Below are positions 44,601 to 58,168 of a stretch of 64,000 bases of DNA, piece by piece. The position numbers and the translations under genes were made by a program. Below the pieces are notes generated by a model. It was not told where the DNA came from. It saw only the letters and a program-made list of their open reading frames with translations, and ran no database searches. The DNA lies in assembly GCF_032444005.1 (NCBI RefSeq), contig NC_091283.1, positions 812,758,001 to 812,822,000 on the forward strand, written 5' to 3'. The DNA comes from Ranitomeya imitator. Its lineage: Eukaryota. Within the stretch, counting starts at the first letter, position 1. Every line of letters starts with the position of its first letter.

Positions 44601-47600
44601 AATGTAATGACGTTATATAGCGGATCATCCCCATAGAAGAAGCCGTAGGCACCGAGCAGCTCATAAACCACTAATGACAAACGAGCTGTAAGTTTAATAG
44701 ATTGGCCCCTTTTTGGGGACCGTTTTTTGTACCCATAGGACCTCACTTTTTTTTTTTACTTTTTCTATACTATTCCATACAGCCAGCAAAAAAAAAAAAT
44801 AAAAAATCTGCAGATGCCTACAGGTCTGACATACGCATGCACTGTGCACTATGAGGTTTATTCGATGCCGGGGGTGGGTGGTCATGTCACCGCAAGAATG
44901 TGATTTTCATACTTTTGGCCACATTTCGACTAGACGTCCATGAAGGAATAGAATGAAATGTTGTGTTTCATTTAGGGCAAGTGCAGACGGCGGTGGTCTC
45001 TCGATCTCAGAAAATCGCTCACGATCAAAGTGGGATCCGATTTTCTCGGAGGTGGAGAGAAAAACAAAATTTCTCCACTTTCTTCATTGGGTCAGTTTTT
45101 GAGAATCGGAGGTCATCCGAGTGTGATCCGATTTTTTTTTTTCTCAGACCCATAGACATTAATGGGTGAGTGCCTTCTGCAATATTTGTTTTCTTGGACC
45201 ACTTGGTCCAAAGGAAAAAAAAATCGGACACGTGCACGGCCTCATTGAATAACCCGGGGACGAGTGCTATCCGTCACAACGACGTATTGCACTTATCTGA
45301 TTAATGGTTGTCTGTTCGAAGTACCGTTACCGGGCAGGAATGTCATTTTTGTCATCCTTTAAGATACAACTTCTTTTTCCTTCTCCCTATAACGATGATT
45401 GTTGCTGATCAGTCCATGTAATGAGGGAACAGATGCCCCGATCACAGTTTAGATTCCCGCCAGCGGCCGATTAATGATTAAATGGCGCACAGGCATCTAC
45501 GCAGGTAATTGTTTGACCAACACAGATGTTTTGTGGAAGTCATAAAAGATCAGAAGACCCGGAATTAGGATCGCATTAACCCCCTGCCGCTCAGAGCCTT
45601 ACACTGCAGATAATGGGCAGGAAGGCGGCCTGGGGGGGGTAAGAGCGGTCAATCTGGGGTGTCAATGTGTGCATCGCTCTTTATTGCCCCCCTTTTATTC
45701 TTCTTTATTGACACGTGTCCATTTACAGAGATTCTAAGTGAATTTTGGAACGTGAAGGTTTGGAACGTACAGTATGAACATCAATGCTGCGGCCATTGAT
45801 TCGCTGACATCTAGAAACAATAGTATGCCATCAGTGAAGAAAATCACTTTTTTAAGCCTAAGACCAGAATTAAACCCTGGACTGTCCATTGAGTATATAG
45901 TTTCTGGCAGGAGGATAGCCCTCTACCCCGGTTAGTAGCCTCTAGTTGGAGAGTCAGAAATGGCCGCCTGATGTTGAGCTCTGTGGATTTTTCCGGCTTT
46001 GGATAGTATCTCAGTTCAGATTAGACATCGTTCAGAAATCCGTTTTTTCATGGGTAGAACATTTGCCCATTATAATCTACAGTACGGAGCTGTTATCTTC
46101 TTTTATGGACCGAGAGTCTGCAAAAATTCTCACTGCAAAGACTTACGGATCGCAATCACCCAACCAAGGCCAAATGGGTCCATGGAAAACTAAATGGAGG
46201 CTCTCGGAGGCGTTTCATCCTTAATGGGTAGGAGAGGCTTGGAATTTTCTTTTTTGCAGACCTGAAAAACAGATCCAACACTGATGGTAAAAACTGACAC
46301 ACAGGCCAAAAATGGATAAAAAATTGCATAAAATCAATTTTTCCAATTCTCTTATGCAGAAAAAAAAAATTGGAAGTCTGAATGAGGCCAAATATAGCTT
46401 CGGTTGGAGTTTAACATCCGTTGCGAGCTTGGAAATGGCACCGAGTGATACAAGGTTTTCAGAATTCTTTCCTAGCTTTGCCAACACAACAGTGATGGTA
46501 TCAGGTCTTGGTCTGTAAATCCCTTTAAGGGCGGGTGTAGACGAGCGTGTGTGCAGTCCGAGTGTGATCTGACAAAACATGGGATTGCACTCTGACCAGT
46601 GTTATACTATTGGACTATTAGTTTCCTCAGACACAGACTGAGGAATAAATCTTTGCATGTCCAAGCGAGTTTGATCCAATATTAGCCATGCATGTCAATG
46701 AGAGGGAAAAATCAGACTGCACTCGAATGACATCTGAGTGAAGTCCTATTCAAATGTCCTCATAGAGTGATGAAGATCTTCTCATCCGAGATAATCGGAT
46801 CCCACTCTGATCAGAGTGTGATTAGCATAATTGTCCCAGATGAGAGAATCTACGGCTGATGGAGAAGTAGCACATCCTTGCACCTTCCGCTCACCTCTGC
46901 CGGTAGAATACCCGCTCCAGAAGCTTTATCGTTACTTGTCCATACTACAAAGGCTTATATAGGCTTATATTAATGATATATAGGACACATTTAATTAAAG
47001 CGTGGCCATCGAGCGCAGACCTGGGACCATGGCGGCGTTCTTCCCTACATTCCGGTTTGGGTAGGCACTTGTTGGGGAGTACTCGCCATATTGTACGAGA
47101 ACAGATGCGGCCTCGGCCCTTTCCTCCCGTCGCCCTCTGCTCACTGTTCTGAGAAGGTCGCACAGTCATTTATTAGGGATAATTGGTCCCTCGTATGCTC
47201 TGCTCACCTGCATCATTACCCTCCAAGTGCGCCACGCTCCGCTGGTACATTAGTAACGTACGCTGGAATCTCGTTATCTCTTTATCCAAATGGCCTCATT
47301 TAAAAGAGAAACGCTCATGTTATGAAGGGCAATTACACGTTAAGTGTTATGTGTCATTTTCATCTGTCTGATGGCCACAGACAAGCCCAGGGGCTGTATT
47401 TAACCTCGAGCTGCTGAGGTCTGAGGTACCGCAAGGGCTCGGACTCTGCCCCTCCATCTCCTGTGCCCGGTTCTGCACTTGGGCGGTGTATACTTAATCT
47501 CACGTCTGACTTTGTCCCCAAAACTTACTTTTTTGTCAATTTCACCATTATAGATTTTGCATTGGCACCATTCAGTTGTTCTTCTGGTTTACCAGACTGG

Positions 47601-50600
47601 ATTTTTTACCTCTTACTATTAACAGTTCTTGGTTTGCCCAAATATGCAAAAATGCACTACCATCGTCTACAGTGTCGGACCAGACAGGCTGGGCTTTTCT
47701 CCCCATACCCATCAGTGAGGCTTGGATGCCCGTTATTTTGCGTCTGTCACCGGTTGTCCTTACATGGACCCCTGTTCTTAGATACTGACCACTGCATCCA
47801 GGGAACACCCTACGAGACCTGCCATTATGGAGATGCTCTGACCCACTCGTCAAGTCAACACATTTTGCCCCTTGTTGGTGTCATTCATTTCCTTACACTT
47901 GTCAATTTTTCTTGCTTCTAACACATCCGCTTTAAGAACTGTTAACTTACTACCTAATACATCACGCAAAAATATCTCAATCATGGCCGCCCGAAACTGA
48001 AGTGAAAAGATGGTCTTCCGGAAAAGTGGCCGCCTGCTCAACGAAAAAAAAAGCCACTATGCTACATATGGTATTTGGGGACTAAAAATTCCCAAACCCC
48101 CAAAATCTGATCTAGTTAAAGGGGTTGTCCAGGCTTGGGGCTCAAAACTGCAGTCACCCTATGTGACTGCAGACTTGCGAATCCTCACATTGCGTGCACA
48201 GTGCTCGCTGTCAGGGTTCTCCGGGAGCGGACAGTCTTGTAACCGCGAGCATATGAATTTCATACTTCCAGCCACATTCTGACTAAACGTGGCCAGCCTC
48301 GTTTAAGTTGCTTGTACTAAACGAGGCCGCGCACGTCTAATTGGCATGTAAACCTCAAGTATGCAAACCCCATATTTGTGATCACGCTCCCACCTGCATC
48401 GGAGAATTCTGACAGAGTGCACAATGCGCTCTGTAAGGCTTCACAAGTCTGCAGTAATATACAGTGACTGCAGTCTTGAACCCCAAGTCTGAACAATCCC
48501 TTTTCAGTCTTCTCAGGGAGAAGAAATATCACTGTATATGCGCGATTGTGTGTCTGCACATTTACAGACTTCGATTTCATCAAGTGAAGTTTTCGGTCTT
48601 TTTCACTAGGATCCGGCAAGCGGGTTTGAATTTGCGATTCTGCACAAACGAGTCTCAGGCCACAAGAGCCCAGTTCGTTCGTAAACTGCAGAAGTTTGGT
48701 TTTAACATATCCGAAGATGAAGTAACGGCTCCCGGACCGGCTGCAAGAAAACTGATGATGGAACAGGGATTGCGCCCTCACTTACTGGTCCATGATGGTG
48801 AGTGGATATAGCGTCACGCCGGAAGAAGCTGCACCTGCCCAATAATGGTGGTAACGTACCTGATGGATGATGGCAAATAACAGCTATAAGAATGGCTTAT
48901 AAAGACAAATTGTGTTTCACATTAGATGTTTCACATCACACGACACCTTTATTCTTTGCAAATCACCTCTTTGAAGAAGGGGACATGGATTCTTGCACCA
49001 GTGTCACGAGGGTGTCACGTCTCTTTGGAAGACTTGGGAATTAGACGGTACAACAGGTAATGAATCGCAGTCCTCTTTAGAGACGGTGTGATTCGTATCC
49101 TTATTTAAATGGATTTTCCTTTCCTTCAGTTCTGAGAGGGTTAAGAACTCTTTCCATGCTGGCTGAGACCATACAGCCTGGTTGTTCTCAGCTGTAACTG
49201 CTTTATTCCCTCTGTATATATTGGCTCTGGGCGTTTAGTCCCTGCCTGTGAAAGATTCGTCTTACTGTGCTAAGTAGTTGAAGTTTGGAGTTGGAGATGT
49301 GGTGTTCTCTAGTTTGCTGTTGAATGTGTATGTTTATCCCCTGTTCCCTTTTCCCATTCAGTGTATTCCTCCCAGTCCCTATCCTCCTCCCTATTGATGG
49401 TTTGTGCTTTTGTATGATAGAGGTTTTCTGTTATCCCTGTCTTGTCTTTGTCTCTGGCTTACCTTTCATTTCTGTTCCATGCCTCATGGGGAGGGGACAG
49501 ATTAGGGTTTTTACAGGAGCATAGTAGGGTTGGAGACTTGGGCTTCTCTAAGAGCACCCCCGGGACATGCATAGTTATGGTCCCAGCTCCAAGGACAGTT
49601 TGAGACCTTCAAAGAGTGACAACCAGCAATTGGATGTAGCAATACCCAAAAGTCAATATTGACTTTTTTATTATTATTATTGTTATTATTATTATTATTA
49701 TTATTATCATTTAAAATCACATCTTGAAATGTTTACCCTTATGAATCAATGAATTGTATCTATATGTCCACCATCTTTTTTCGTTTTAGATCTTCTCCCT
49801 GAATTTGACTCCATTGATAAATCTGAACCCAACTGCGTTGTGATTGGAGACGCTGCCGAAAACTTCTCCTATCAAAATGTCAACCGAGCGTTTCAGGTGT
49901 TGGTCAATTTGGAGAAACCAGTGCTCATATCTCTAGGGAAAGGGTGAGTGGTTCAGCGTCCTACGTGTCCCCGGAATCCTCTATAGAAATCCCTATGAAC
50001 AAACGTGAGTCGGAATATTGGTTGTTCATACCAAACTAATGGACCAAGGAGTTAAAATCCAAATGCGCGATCCTTATCATCCCTGCATTTGACATGAAGG
50101 AAAATCAGGGGGGACAATACACTTTAGGTAATTTTTAGATTCCACTAATACACATTTAGTGTAAAATCTGTAGGGGTCTGATTGCTGGAACCCCCAAAGA
50201 TCATCATGATGTGGGACTCCTAAATACATGCATTTTTTACTTAGCTGCATGTATTTTGGTTGAAAATATTTGCAATTAAATTTCATTAAAAATTTGGCAC
50301 ATTTTGACTATAAAGGCTATTTTTTTACTCTGCTTATTGTTGGCTGCGGAATAAGATTAACTAAGAACCTGTCAGTGAGCTCGTTCTGGCAGGGAGTTTA
50401 TAGCTCTTTTATCTGTGATTTTCTGAGCTTCTCTCTGCTGATTTGCGATCATCGCTCACGGCAGAACTGATTGAAGCTTGGTAAAAGACTAAAGAGTTGC
50501 TAAGCTCTCTGATGGATACTTACTTAAAATATTCTGCTGCTAGCAATAAAGATGGCAGAACTACAGGCCAAAGAAAGTAAATGGTGCAACATTTTTAATA

Positions 50601-53600
50601 AACCCGAATTGCAAAAATAATTTTGAGCCCATTTAAAGGGGTTATCCAGGACTAGAACTAACAAGGAGGTAGTTACTAATTACCAACCTGTTCTGTGCAG
50701 CGCAGATCGGTCATAAACTGCTCCTGTCTGCAATTCTGTAGCTTCCACTGACGTCACATCGGCAGAGCAGCGGCTTCTCTTCTGCTTACAGAGAGTTACT
50801 GCCGATGTCTTGCTGATTGACAGCTGGCTCCCCGCTGCCTAACTGCGGGGAGCAGGCTTTCAATCAGCATGACATCTGCAGTCTTGCACCTGTTAACAGA
50901 GCAGCTCAGAAGAGGAAGAGCTGCTCTGTTTACGTGGAGCAGCTGAATCGCCGACAGTGACCACTCTGATAGAACCGGAAGGTAGTTACTAACTAAATAG
51001 ATAGCAACAGATTATTTTTGCACATTCGCATTCCAGCGGCCAAGCTGAGCATTCCTGTAAATAAGGCAGGTGGGTGGAATTACAGTGGGTAGAGAAAGTA
51101 TTCAGACCACTTTAAATTTTTCACTCTTTGTTTCATTGCAGCCATTTGATAAATTCAAAAAAGTTCATTTTTTCTCATTAAGGTACACTCTGCACCCCAT
51201 CTTGACTGAAACAAAACAAAAAATGTAGACATTTTTGCATATTTATTAAAAACCTGAAATATCACATGGTCATAAGTCTTCAGACCCTTTGCTCAGACAC
51301 TCATATTTAAGTTACATGCTGTCCATTTCCTTGTGATCCTCCTTGAGATGGTTCTACTCCTTCATTGGAGTCCAGCTGTGTGTAATTAAACTGATGGGAC
51401 ATGATTTGTAAAGGCACACACCTGTCTATATAAGACCTCACAGCTCACAGTGCATGTCAGACCAAATGAGAATCATGAGTTCAAAGGAACCGGCCAAGGA
51501 GCTCAGAGACAGACTTGTGGTAAGGCACAGATCTGGCCAAGGTTACAACAGAATTTCTGCAGTACTCAAGGTTCCTAAGAGCACAGTGGCCTCCATAATC
51601 CTTAAATGGAAGAAATTTGGGACCACCAGAAGTCTTCCTAGACCTGGCCGTCCAGCCAAACTGAGCAATCGTGGGAGAAGAGCCTTGATGAGAGAGGTAA
51701 AGAAGAACCCGAAGATCACTGTGGCTGAGCTCCAGAGATGCAGCAGGGAGATGGGAGAAAGTTCCACAAAGTCAACTATCACTGCAGCCCTCCACCAGTC
51801 AGGCCTTTATGGCAGAGTGGCCCAACGGAAGCCTTTCCTCAGTGCAAGACATTTGAAAACCCTCATAGAGTTTACTAAAAAAAACACCTGAAGGACTCCC
51901 AGACTATGAGAAATGGCATTCTCTGGTCTGATGAGATGAAGATAGACCTTTTTGGTGATAATTGTAAGCGGTATGTGTGGAGAAAACCAGGCACTGCTCA
52001 TTACCTGCCCAATACTATCCCAACAGTGAAACATGGTGGTGGCAGCATCATGCTATGGGGTTGTTTTTCAGCTGCAGGGACAGGACGACTGGTTGTCATT
52101 GAAGGAAACATGAATACGGAGAAAGTACAGAGATATCCTGGATGAAAACCTCTTCCAGAGTGCTCTGGACCTCAGACTTGGCCGAAGGTTCACCTTCCAA
52201 CAAGACAATGATCCTAAGCACACAGCTAAAATAACAAAGGAGCAGCTTCAAAACAACTCTGTGACCATTCCTGACTGGCCCAGCCAAAGCCCTGACCTAA
52301 ACCCAATTGAGCATCTCTGGAGAGACCTGAAAATAGCTGTCCACCAACGTTCACCATCCAACCTGATGGAACTGGAGAGGATCTGCAAGGAAGAATGGCC
52401 GAGGATCCCCAAATCCAGGTGTGAAAACATGTAGCATCATTCCCAAGAAGACTCATGGCTGTACTAGCTCAAAAGGGGCTTCTACCCAATACTGAGCAAA
52501 GGCGCTGAATACTGATGACCATGTGAGATTTCAGTTTTCCTTTTTTAATAAATTTGCAAAAATTTCTACATTTGTTTTTTTCAGTCAAGATGGGGTGCAG
52601 AGTGTACAATAATGAGAAAAAAATAAACTTTTTTGAATTTACCAAATGGCTGCAATGAAATAAAGAGTGAAAAATTTAAAGGGGTCTGAATACTTTCCAT
52701 ACCCTTTGTAACTGTCAGCTAAACGATCATTCGGCCGACAGCTTCTGTATATGGGGGTCTTAACACCAACAAACCAGCAAGTGGTACTTGTTTTAATGGC
52801 TCATTGAAGAAAGCTTTCCGGGTAGTCCAAGCCATAGTTTCTTTGTGCTCCACACTATGCCATATTTTATGTGATCTTTTGTCGTGCCTACACTAGAGGC
52901 CAAAAGAAAAGCTAAATCTTCCCCTTTATCGTTGACGTCTTATAGAATTTGATTCACGGACCATATCAGCATTGGGTTTCCTTTTGTGCATTTGATGTAA
53001 AAAAAAAATAATATTAACATAAATGATATTTTTTGTATGGGTCTTTTTGCTGCCGTCTTTTCCACCGTTTTGGTCCTTCTGTATTTCGTGTGTATATTTA
53101 AGGAATATATATATTTATAGATAGTTGAGTTTGTGGTTTTTTTTCAGACGTTATTATAAGGAAACAGAAGGCCTGATGTTAGACGTTGGGGCCTACATGA
53201 AAGCTCTGGAGGTAAGGTGCCTTTTGTGCTGGCGTTGGACATTATTGCACATTAGTAATTCTCCTTTTTTTTGTCCAGTACGCCTGCGATATCACAGCGG
53301 AGGTTGTGGGAAAGCCGTCCAAGAACTTCTTCTTGTCTGCATTGGATGAGCTGGGAGTGCAACCACACGAGGTACAGTATGGAGGCGTCATGTCGCGTAC
53401 ACAGGGCTGTGGAGTCGGAGCCCATTTTGGTGGAGTCGGTGTCATGGAAGTTGAGGAGTCGGAGGTTTGGCTTACTGACTCCACAGCCCTGACCGTGCAT
53501 GCATATATGGCAACCGGTTTGGTAGCTGAAAAATGAAGGCAGTGATTGTAGGCAAGTGCGCCACCTTTGATAAATTGTCCTGGCAGCCACAGGTTGGAGA

Positions 53601-54204
53601 TCACTGCCCTTATATTGCAGGCTGTAATGGTTGGAGACGACGTGGTGAACGATATCGGAGGAGCACAAAGCTGCGGCATTCGAGGTGTACTCGTCCGAAC
53701 TGGAAAATACAGGTGGACCAATAAGAGCCAGATCTTAGCACCGTTGTGCTGTACACTAGTGATGAGCGAACGTGCTCGGATAATGTCTTATCCGAGCACA
53801 CTCGGGTGTTATCCGGGCATTTGGACGAGCTCGTATATTCTGTTCGAGGCCCTGCAGTTACACTATTTGCGACTGTTAGACAGTACACATGCAGGGATTG
53901 CCTGTTCTTTAGGGAATCCCCACGTGTTCGGGCTGTCTAACAGCCGCAAATCATGCAACCGCAGGGACTCAAACATTATACACGAGCACGTCCAGATACT
54001 CGGATAACACCCGAGCGTGCTCGGATAAGATGCTATCCGGGCATGTTTGCTCATCACTAGTGGATACACAAGAATATGCCTAAATATGTCCTCTCTTCCA
54101 GGCCTAGCGACGAGAGACACCCTCAAGTGACTGCTGATGGGTATGTGAATAATTTAGCCCACGCCGTGGATATCCTCCTGGCCTCCGTGTCGGCCGGCCA
54201 CTGA
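38513..54204 (+). CDS. LHPP: Phospholysine phosphohistidine inorganic pyrophosphate phosphatase, join(38513..38631,48610..48797,49790..49943,53148..53211,53279..53371,53621..53712,54102..54204), 270 aa
   Basis: HAD class II motifs [17 protein letters not shown] and GDD..ND; all introns GT-AG with consistent phases; 813 nt in total. Confidence 0.96.
41170..42358. repeat. 37-bp minisatellite (GGGATTCAGGAGCGACACAGACAGAAGAGGCCCCAGT), about 32 copies, LHPP intron 1
   Basis: Period 37 (units at 41221 and 41258). Confidence 0.96.
43784..43927. mobile_element. Tc1/mariner-like MITE
   Basis: TA|CAGCTGATGGCAGTGATGGGTCAGC..GCTGACCCATCACTGCCATCATCTG|TA. Confidence 0.7.
48610..48797 (+). CDS. LHPP: LHPP exon 2
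   Basis: [22 protein letters not shown]; TAG acceptor and G|GTGAGT donor. Confidence 0.95.
49002..49621. mobile_element. Solo LTR in LHPP intron 2
   Basis: TGTCAC..GTGACA termini; 5-bp TSD ACCAG at 48997-49001 and 49622-49626. Confidence 0.85.
49790..49943 (+). CDS. LHPP: LHPP exon 3
   Basis: [35 protein letters not shown]; TAG acceptor, GG|GTGAGT donor. Confidence 0.95.
51083..52708 (+). mobile_element. Tc1-family DNA transposon, full length (1626 bp), IR/DR type, in LHPP intron 3
   Basis: TA TSD at 51081-51082 and 52709-52710; ~215-bp TIRs (51083-51296 and 52492-52708) with inner and outer AAGT(A/C)TTCAGACC repeats. Confidence 0.95.
51475..52495 (+). pseudogene. Tc1 transposase, frameshifted
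   Basis: Paired-like HTH with GRP motif, then WSDE, QQDND and NPIE (DD34E-type triad) spread over different frames; frameshifts near 51880 (A run), near 52125 and near the C-terminus. Confidence 0.92.
53148..53211 (+). CDS. LHPP: LHPP exon 4
   Basis: [21 protein letters not shown]; CAG acceptor, GAG|GTAAGG donor. Confidence 0.95.
53279..53371 (+). CDS. LHPP: LHPP exon 5
   Basis: [31 protein letters not shown]; follows a 67-bp intron. Confidence 0.95.
53621..53712 (+). CDS. LHPP: LHPP exon 6
   Basis: [30 protein letters not shown]; weak donor AG|GTGGAC. Confidence 0.93.
53756..54060. mobile_element. Fold-back MITE filling LHPP intron 6
   Basis: CTAGTGATGAGC..GCTCATCACTAG termini with long mirrored arms; superfamily not determined. 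Confidence 0.8.
54102..54204 (+). CDS. LHPP: LHPP exon 7 (coding part)
   Basis: [33 protein letters not shown]; CAG acceptor. Confidence 0.94.
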
Positions 54205-54885
54205 CCGCAGTTTACTCTTTATAACCGCAAAAGAAATGGCAGCGAGTAGTAAAAGTATGCAAAAATAACTGCTCTGTGAATAGGAAATTCAGCAACGAAC
54301 GCTCAGCCTGACCGCTGCCCTCTCCAGTATACGGGACATTACTTGGATTAGGTGCCGTGTCATTTACTTGAATAACAAAGTTGTAAATTAAAAGGACGTG
54401 TGTTATATAGGGGCTGCCATTATGTTTACATTTTTTTTTTACATTTTGGAGCACAATTCTTGTTATAAAAAAAACACTGGACCCCCTGCGGAAACGCGAT
54501 GGGCCCTGTCTTACCTCGGTAGGATTTATCAGGGTCATCTGGAAAACCAATCCTTCATAGCAGAGACCAAGAGCCATGACGGCAGTGTGACCGGGGCTGA
54601 TTGCACAGGGGGCTATACAAGCTAAAATACATGTTATGGATCACTGTATAGAGATGAGAGGCCCCAAATTTTCTTGCTACCACATTGGGCCGTGTCAAGC
54701 ACCCAAAAATTATAGTGCAGAATACCAGACTAGTTACCCTACTACAATGACGGCACGGTGCCTCACAATAAGGGCGCCTTTCTTCCTAAATAGTGTTTCC
54801 ATGCGTCCCCAATGTGCTAACCATTACCTTGTGCCACCTTGATCTTCCCCCCTCTGGATGGTGGTGCAAGGTAGTGATCTACATC

Positions 54886-56832
54886 CATAGAGGTCACCAA
54901 GTACAGAGGTCACTATACTCGGAGTTCACATGTGTATAGGGTTCATCAGGTACAGAGTTTCCCGGTACATAGAGGTCAACAGGTACAGAGATTCCTGGTC
55001 TGAAGGTCATCAGACATGGAAAGTCACCAGGTAACCAGAAGCCACAATGTACAGAAGTCGCCAGGTACAGAGGTTTCTGGTATGGAGGTCAACTGATATT
55101 GAGGTCTCCAGGTATGAAGGTCACCAAGAATAGAGATTCCTGGTACGGAGCTCACCAGATACAGAAGTGACCAGGTATGGAGGTCACCAGGTATGGAGGT
55201 CACCAGGTACAGAGGCACTGCGTACACAGATTACCAGGCACAGAGTTCACCGGGTACACAGATTACCAGGTACAGAGGTCACCAGATACAGAAGTGACCA
55301 AGTATGGAGGTCACCAGGTACAGAGGCACTGCGTACACATTACCAGGCACAGAGTTCACCAGGTACAAAGGCACCAGATATATAGGTAACCAGGTACAGA
55401 GGCACTGGGAACATAGGTCACCAGGTACAGAGATCACCAGCCACAGAGGTCACCAGGTACAAAGGCACCGGGTACACAGATCACCAGGCACAGAGATCAC
55501 CAGGTACAGAGATCACCAGCCACAGAGGTCACCAGGTACAGAGATCACCAGGTACAGAGATCACCAGCCACAGAGGTCACCAGGTACAAAGGCACCGGGT
55601 ACACAGATCACCAGGCACCGAGGTCACCAGGTACAAAGGCACCGGATATAGGTCACCAAGTACAGAGGCACTGGGAACATCGGTCACCAGGTAGAGAGAT
55701 CACCAGGCACAGAAGTCACCATGTACAGAGATCACCAGGTACAGAGGCATCGGGTATATAGGTCACCAGGTACAGAGGGAATAATATAGTGAGTGAAAAG
55801 ACGTGGGCACTGCTACTCAGGTGCTCGGGTAGGTTCCCAAACCGTGTGCATATAGATAAAAAGAACCCGGCACTCAACTTTAAGTCAAACTTGTGATTTT
55901 TATTTTTATTTACGTACTACAAAATAAAAATCACAAGTTTGACTTAAAGTTGAGTGCCGGGTTCTTTTTATCTATCTACCAGGTACAGAGGCACTTGGAA
56001 CATAGGTCACCAGGTACAAAGATTCCTGGCACAGAGATAACCAGGTACAGAGGCACCGGGTATATAGATCACCAGGTACAGAGATCACCGGGTACAGAGG
56101 CACTCGGAACATAGGTCACCAGGTACAGAGATCACCAGGTACAGAGGCACTCGGAACATAGGTCACCAGGTACAGAGATCACCAGGTACAGAGGCACTCG
56201 GAACATAGGTCACCAGGTACAGAGATCACCAGGTACAGAGGCACTCGGAACATAGGTCACCAGGCACAGAAGTCACCATGTACAGAGATCACCAGGTACA
56301 GAGGCACCGGGTATATAGGTCACCAGGTACAGAGATCACCAGCCACAGAAGTCACCATGTACAGAGATCACCAGGTACAGAGGCACCGGGTATATAGGTC
56401 ACCAGGTACAGAGATCACCAGGTACAGAGGCACCGGGTATATAGATCACCAGGTACAGAGGCACCGGGTATATAGGTCACCAGGTACAGAGATCACCAGG
56501 TACAGAGGCACTCGGAACATAGGTCACCAGGTACAAAGATTCCTGGCACAGAGATAACCAGGTACAGAGGCACTCGGAACATAGGTCACCAGGTACAGAG
56601 GCACCGGGTATATAGGTCACCAGGTACAGAGATCACCAGGTACAGAGGCACTCGGAACATAGGTCACCAGGTACAAAGATTCCTGGCACAGAGATCACCA
56701 GGTACAGAGGCACTTGGAACATAGGTCAGCAGGTACAAAGATTCCTGGCACAGAGATCACCAGGTACAGAGGCACTCGGAACATAGGTCACCAGGTACAA
56801 AGATTCCTGGCACAGAGATAACCAGGTACAGA
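54886..56832. repeat. Composite tandem array built from ~16-bp (G/A)TCACCAGGTACAGAG modules, interrupted at about 55781-55978
   Basis: Direct reading; degenerate at the left, more regular at the right. Confidence 0.9.
55852..55975. repeat. Perfect inverted repeat, 55-bp arms with 14-nt spacer
   Basis: 55852-55906 is the exact reverse complement of 55921-55975. Confidence 0.95.
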
Positions 56833-58168
56833 GCGATTGTAGAATATTATCGGAAGGCCAGATAACCCCTTTAATGACCCCAGGCACAGATTAACATTGG
56901 CCGATATTGACAAGTTCACCAGACAGCTTAATAAGTATGGGACCCCCTACTTTCACCAGATCGATGATATTTGGGTATAAAAGAATCTAGAATTCCTATA
57001 AGCGCTGTAAGCCTATTTTTTCCCATAATATCCCTGGTTTATATCATCTGCTGGTTGATGGTGCTGGTATATACCAGGGACACAAGTTCTCCTGCGGCAG
57101 CGGCCGTATAATGTCGCGATAAATCACCAGAACCGAATATTACACCGTGAACAACCTGCAAGCAAACACTGGTTCAGTAAAATTCTAAGTAAAAGATTAA
57201 TTAAAACTGTTGCAAGGTGGAGAGTTTCCTCCAAGCATTTTTTAGACCATTATTGGAACAAAAATAGCAAATGATTGGTTGCTATTGGGTAACTCCTCCA
57301 CTTTTTCTTTTCACCGGTCTCCACAGATCCCCTCCAATGTGTTTTGGACAATGTAACTGGTCAAATTAATATCGCCCGCAGTAACGGAAGAATCTGATTG
57401 TCTCTTTTTGTAACTGGAATTAATGATAGAATTGTGTAATATCAAATAAAATAATTTTCAAGGAAGATGCAGTCAGGCTCCGTGTGTTTATTGGTTAGGA
57501 AAATGGTCTGATACTACGTTTTTCAGCAACAGCGCTACCTTGCTTCACAGGCTGCGTCTGGTACTGCAGATTAGCTCTGTAGGGAAAAGTGACACTTTTG
57601 CCCCGATTCCTACCATGTTCGGGTCAGGAGAGCCGTCATCCAGTGCGTTCAGATCTCCTGTGCAGGATTTCATCCCCCAAACTATATGCGTATAGAGCTC
57701 TTTCAAAGGCCAGTTCAACAATACCTTTACATGGTTGGGCCGTTCCTGCTTTACTGAAAAATTGATATGGAAATGAGTCTGAAGAGCTATGGTAGATCTG
57801 AAGCCTCTGTCACTCCATCTGTAGCCTGAAGTCACACAGCGTAGAGGCTGTCAGTCAAGCAGGAGGAGGCGGCGCTGGGAATGGAATAGAGCTGGAGTGA
57901 CCAAGGCCTCACATTTACCATAGTCTTTAAGCCTCATTTGCATACCAATTCAAATGCTGATTTCTCAGTAATGGAGGAACGGACCGGCCATGTAAAGGTA
58001 TTACTGGACTGATCTTTGATATAGCTACATGCACAAATACAGTAAATAGTTTAGGGGATGAAATCCTGCTGACAGATTTTCACCTTCCAGGCTCCTTGCA
58101 GTAATTATGGTGCATGTACCACCATCTCCTGTTATCGGCACCGCTCTGTCCTCTTCTGCACCCCATGA

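Noticed and set aside
51454-52495. Active Tc1 transposase
   Set aside because: At least three frameshifts split the DNA-binding domain and catalytic triad.
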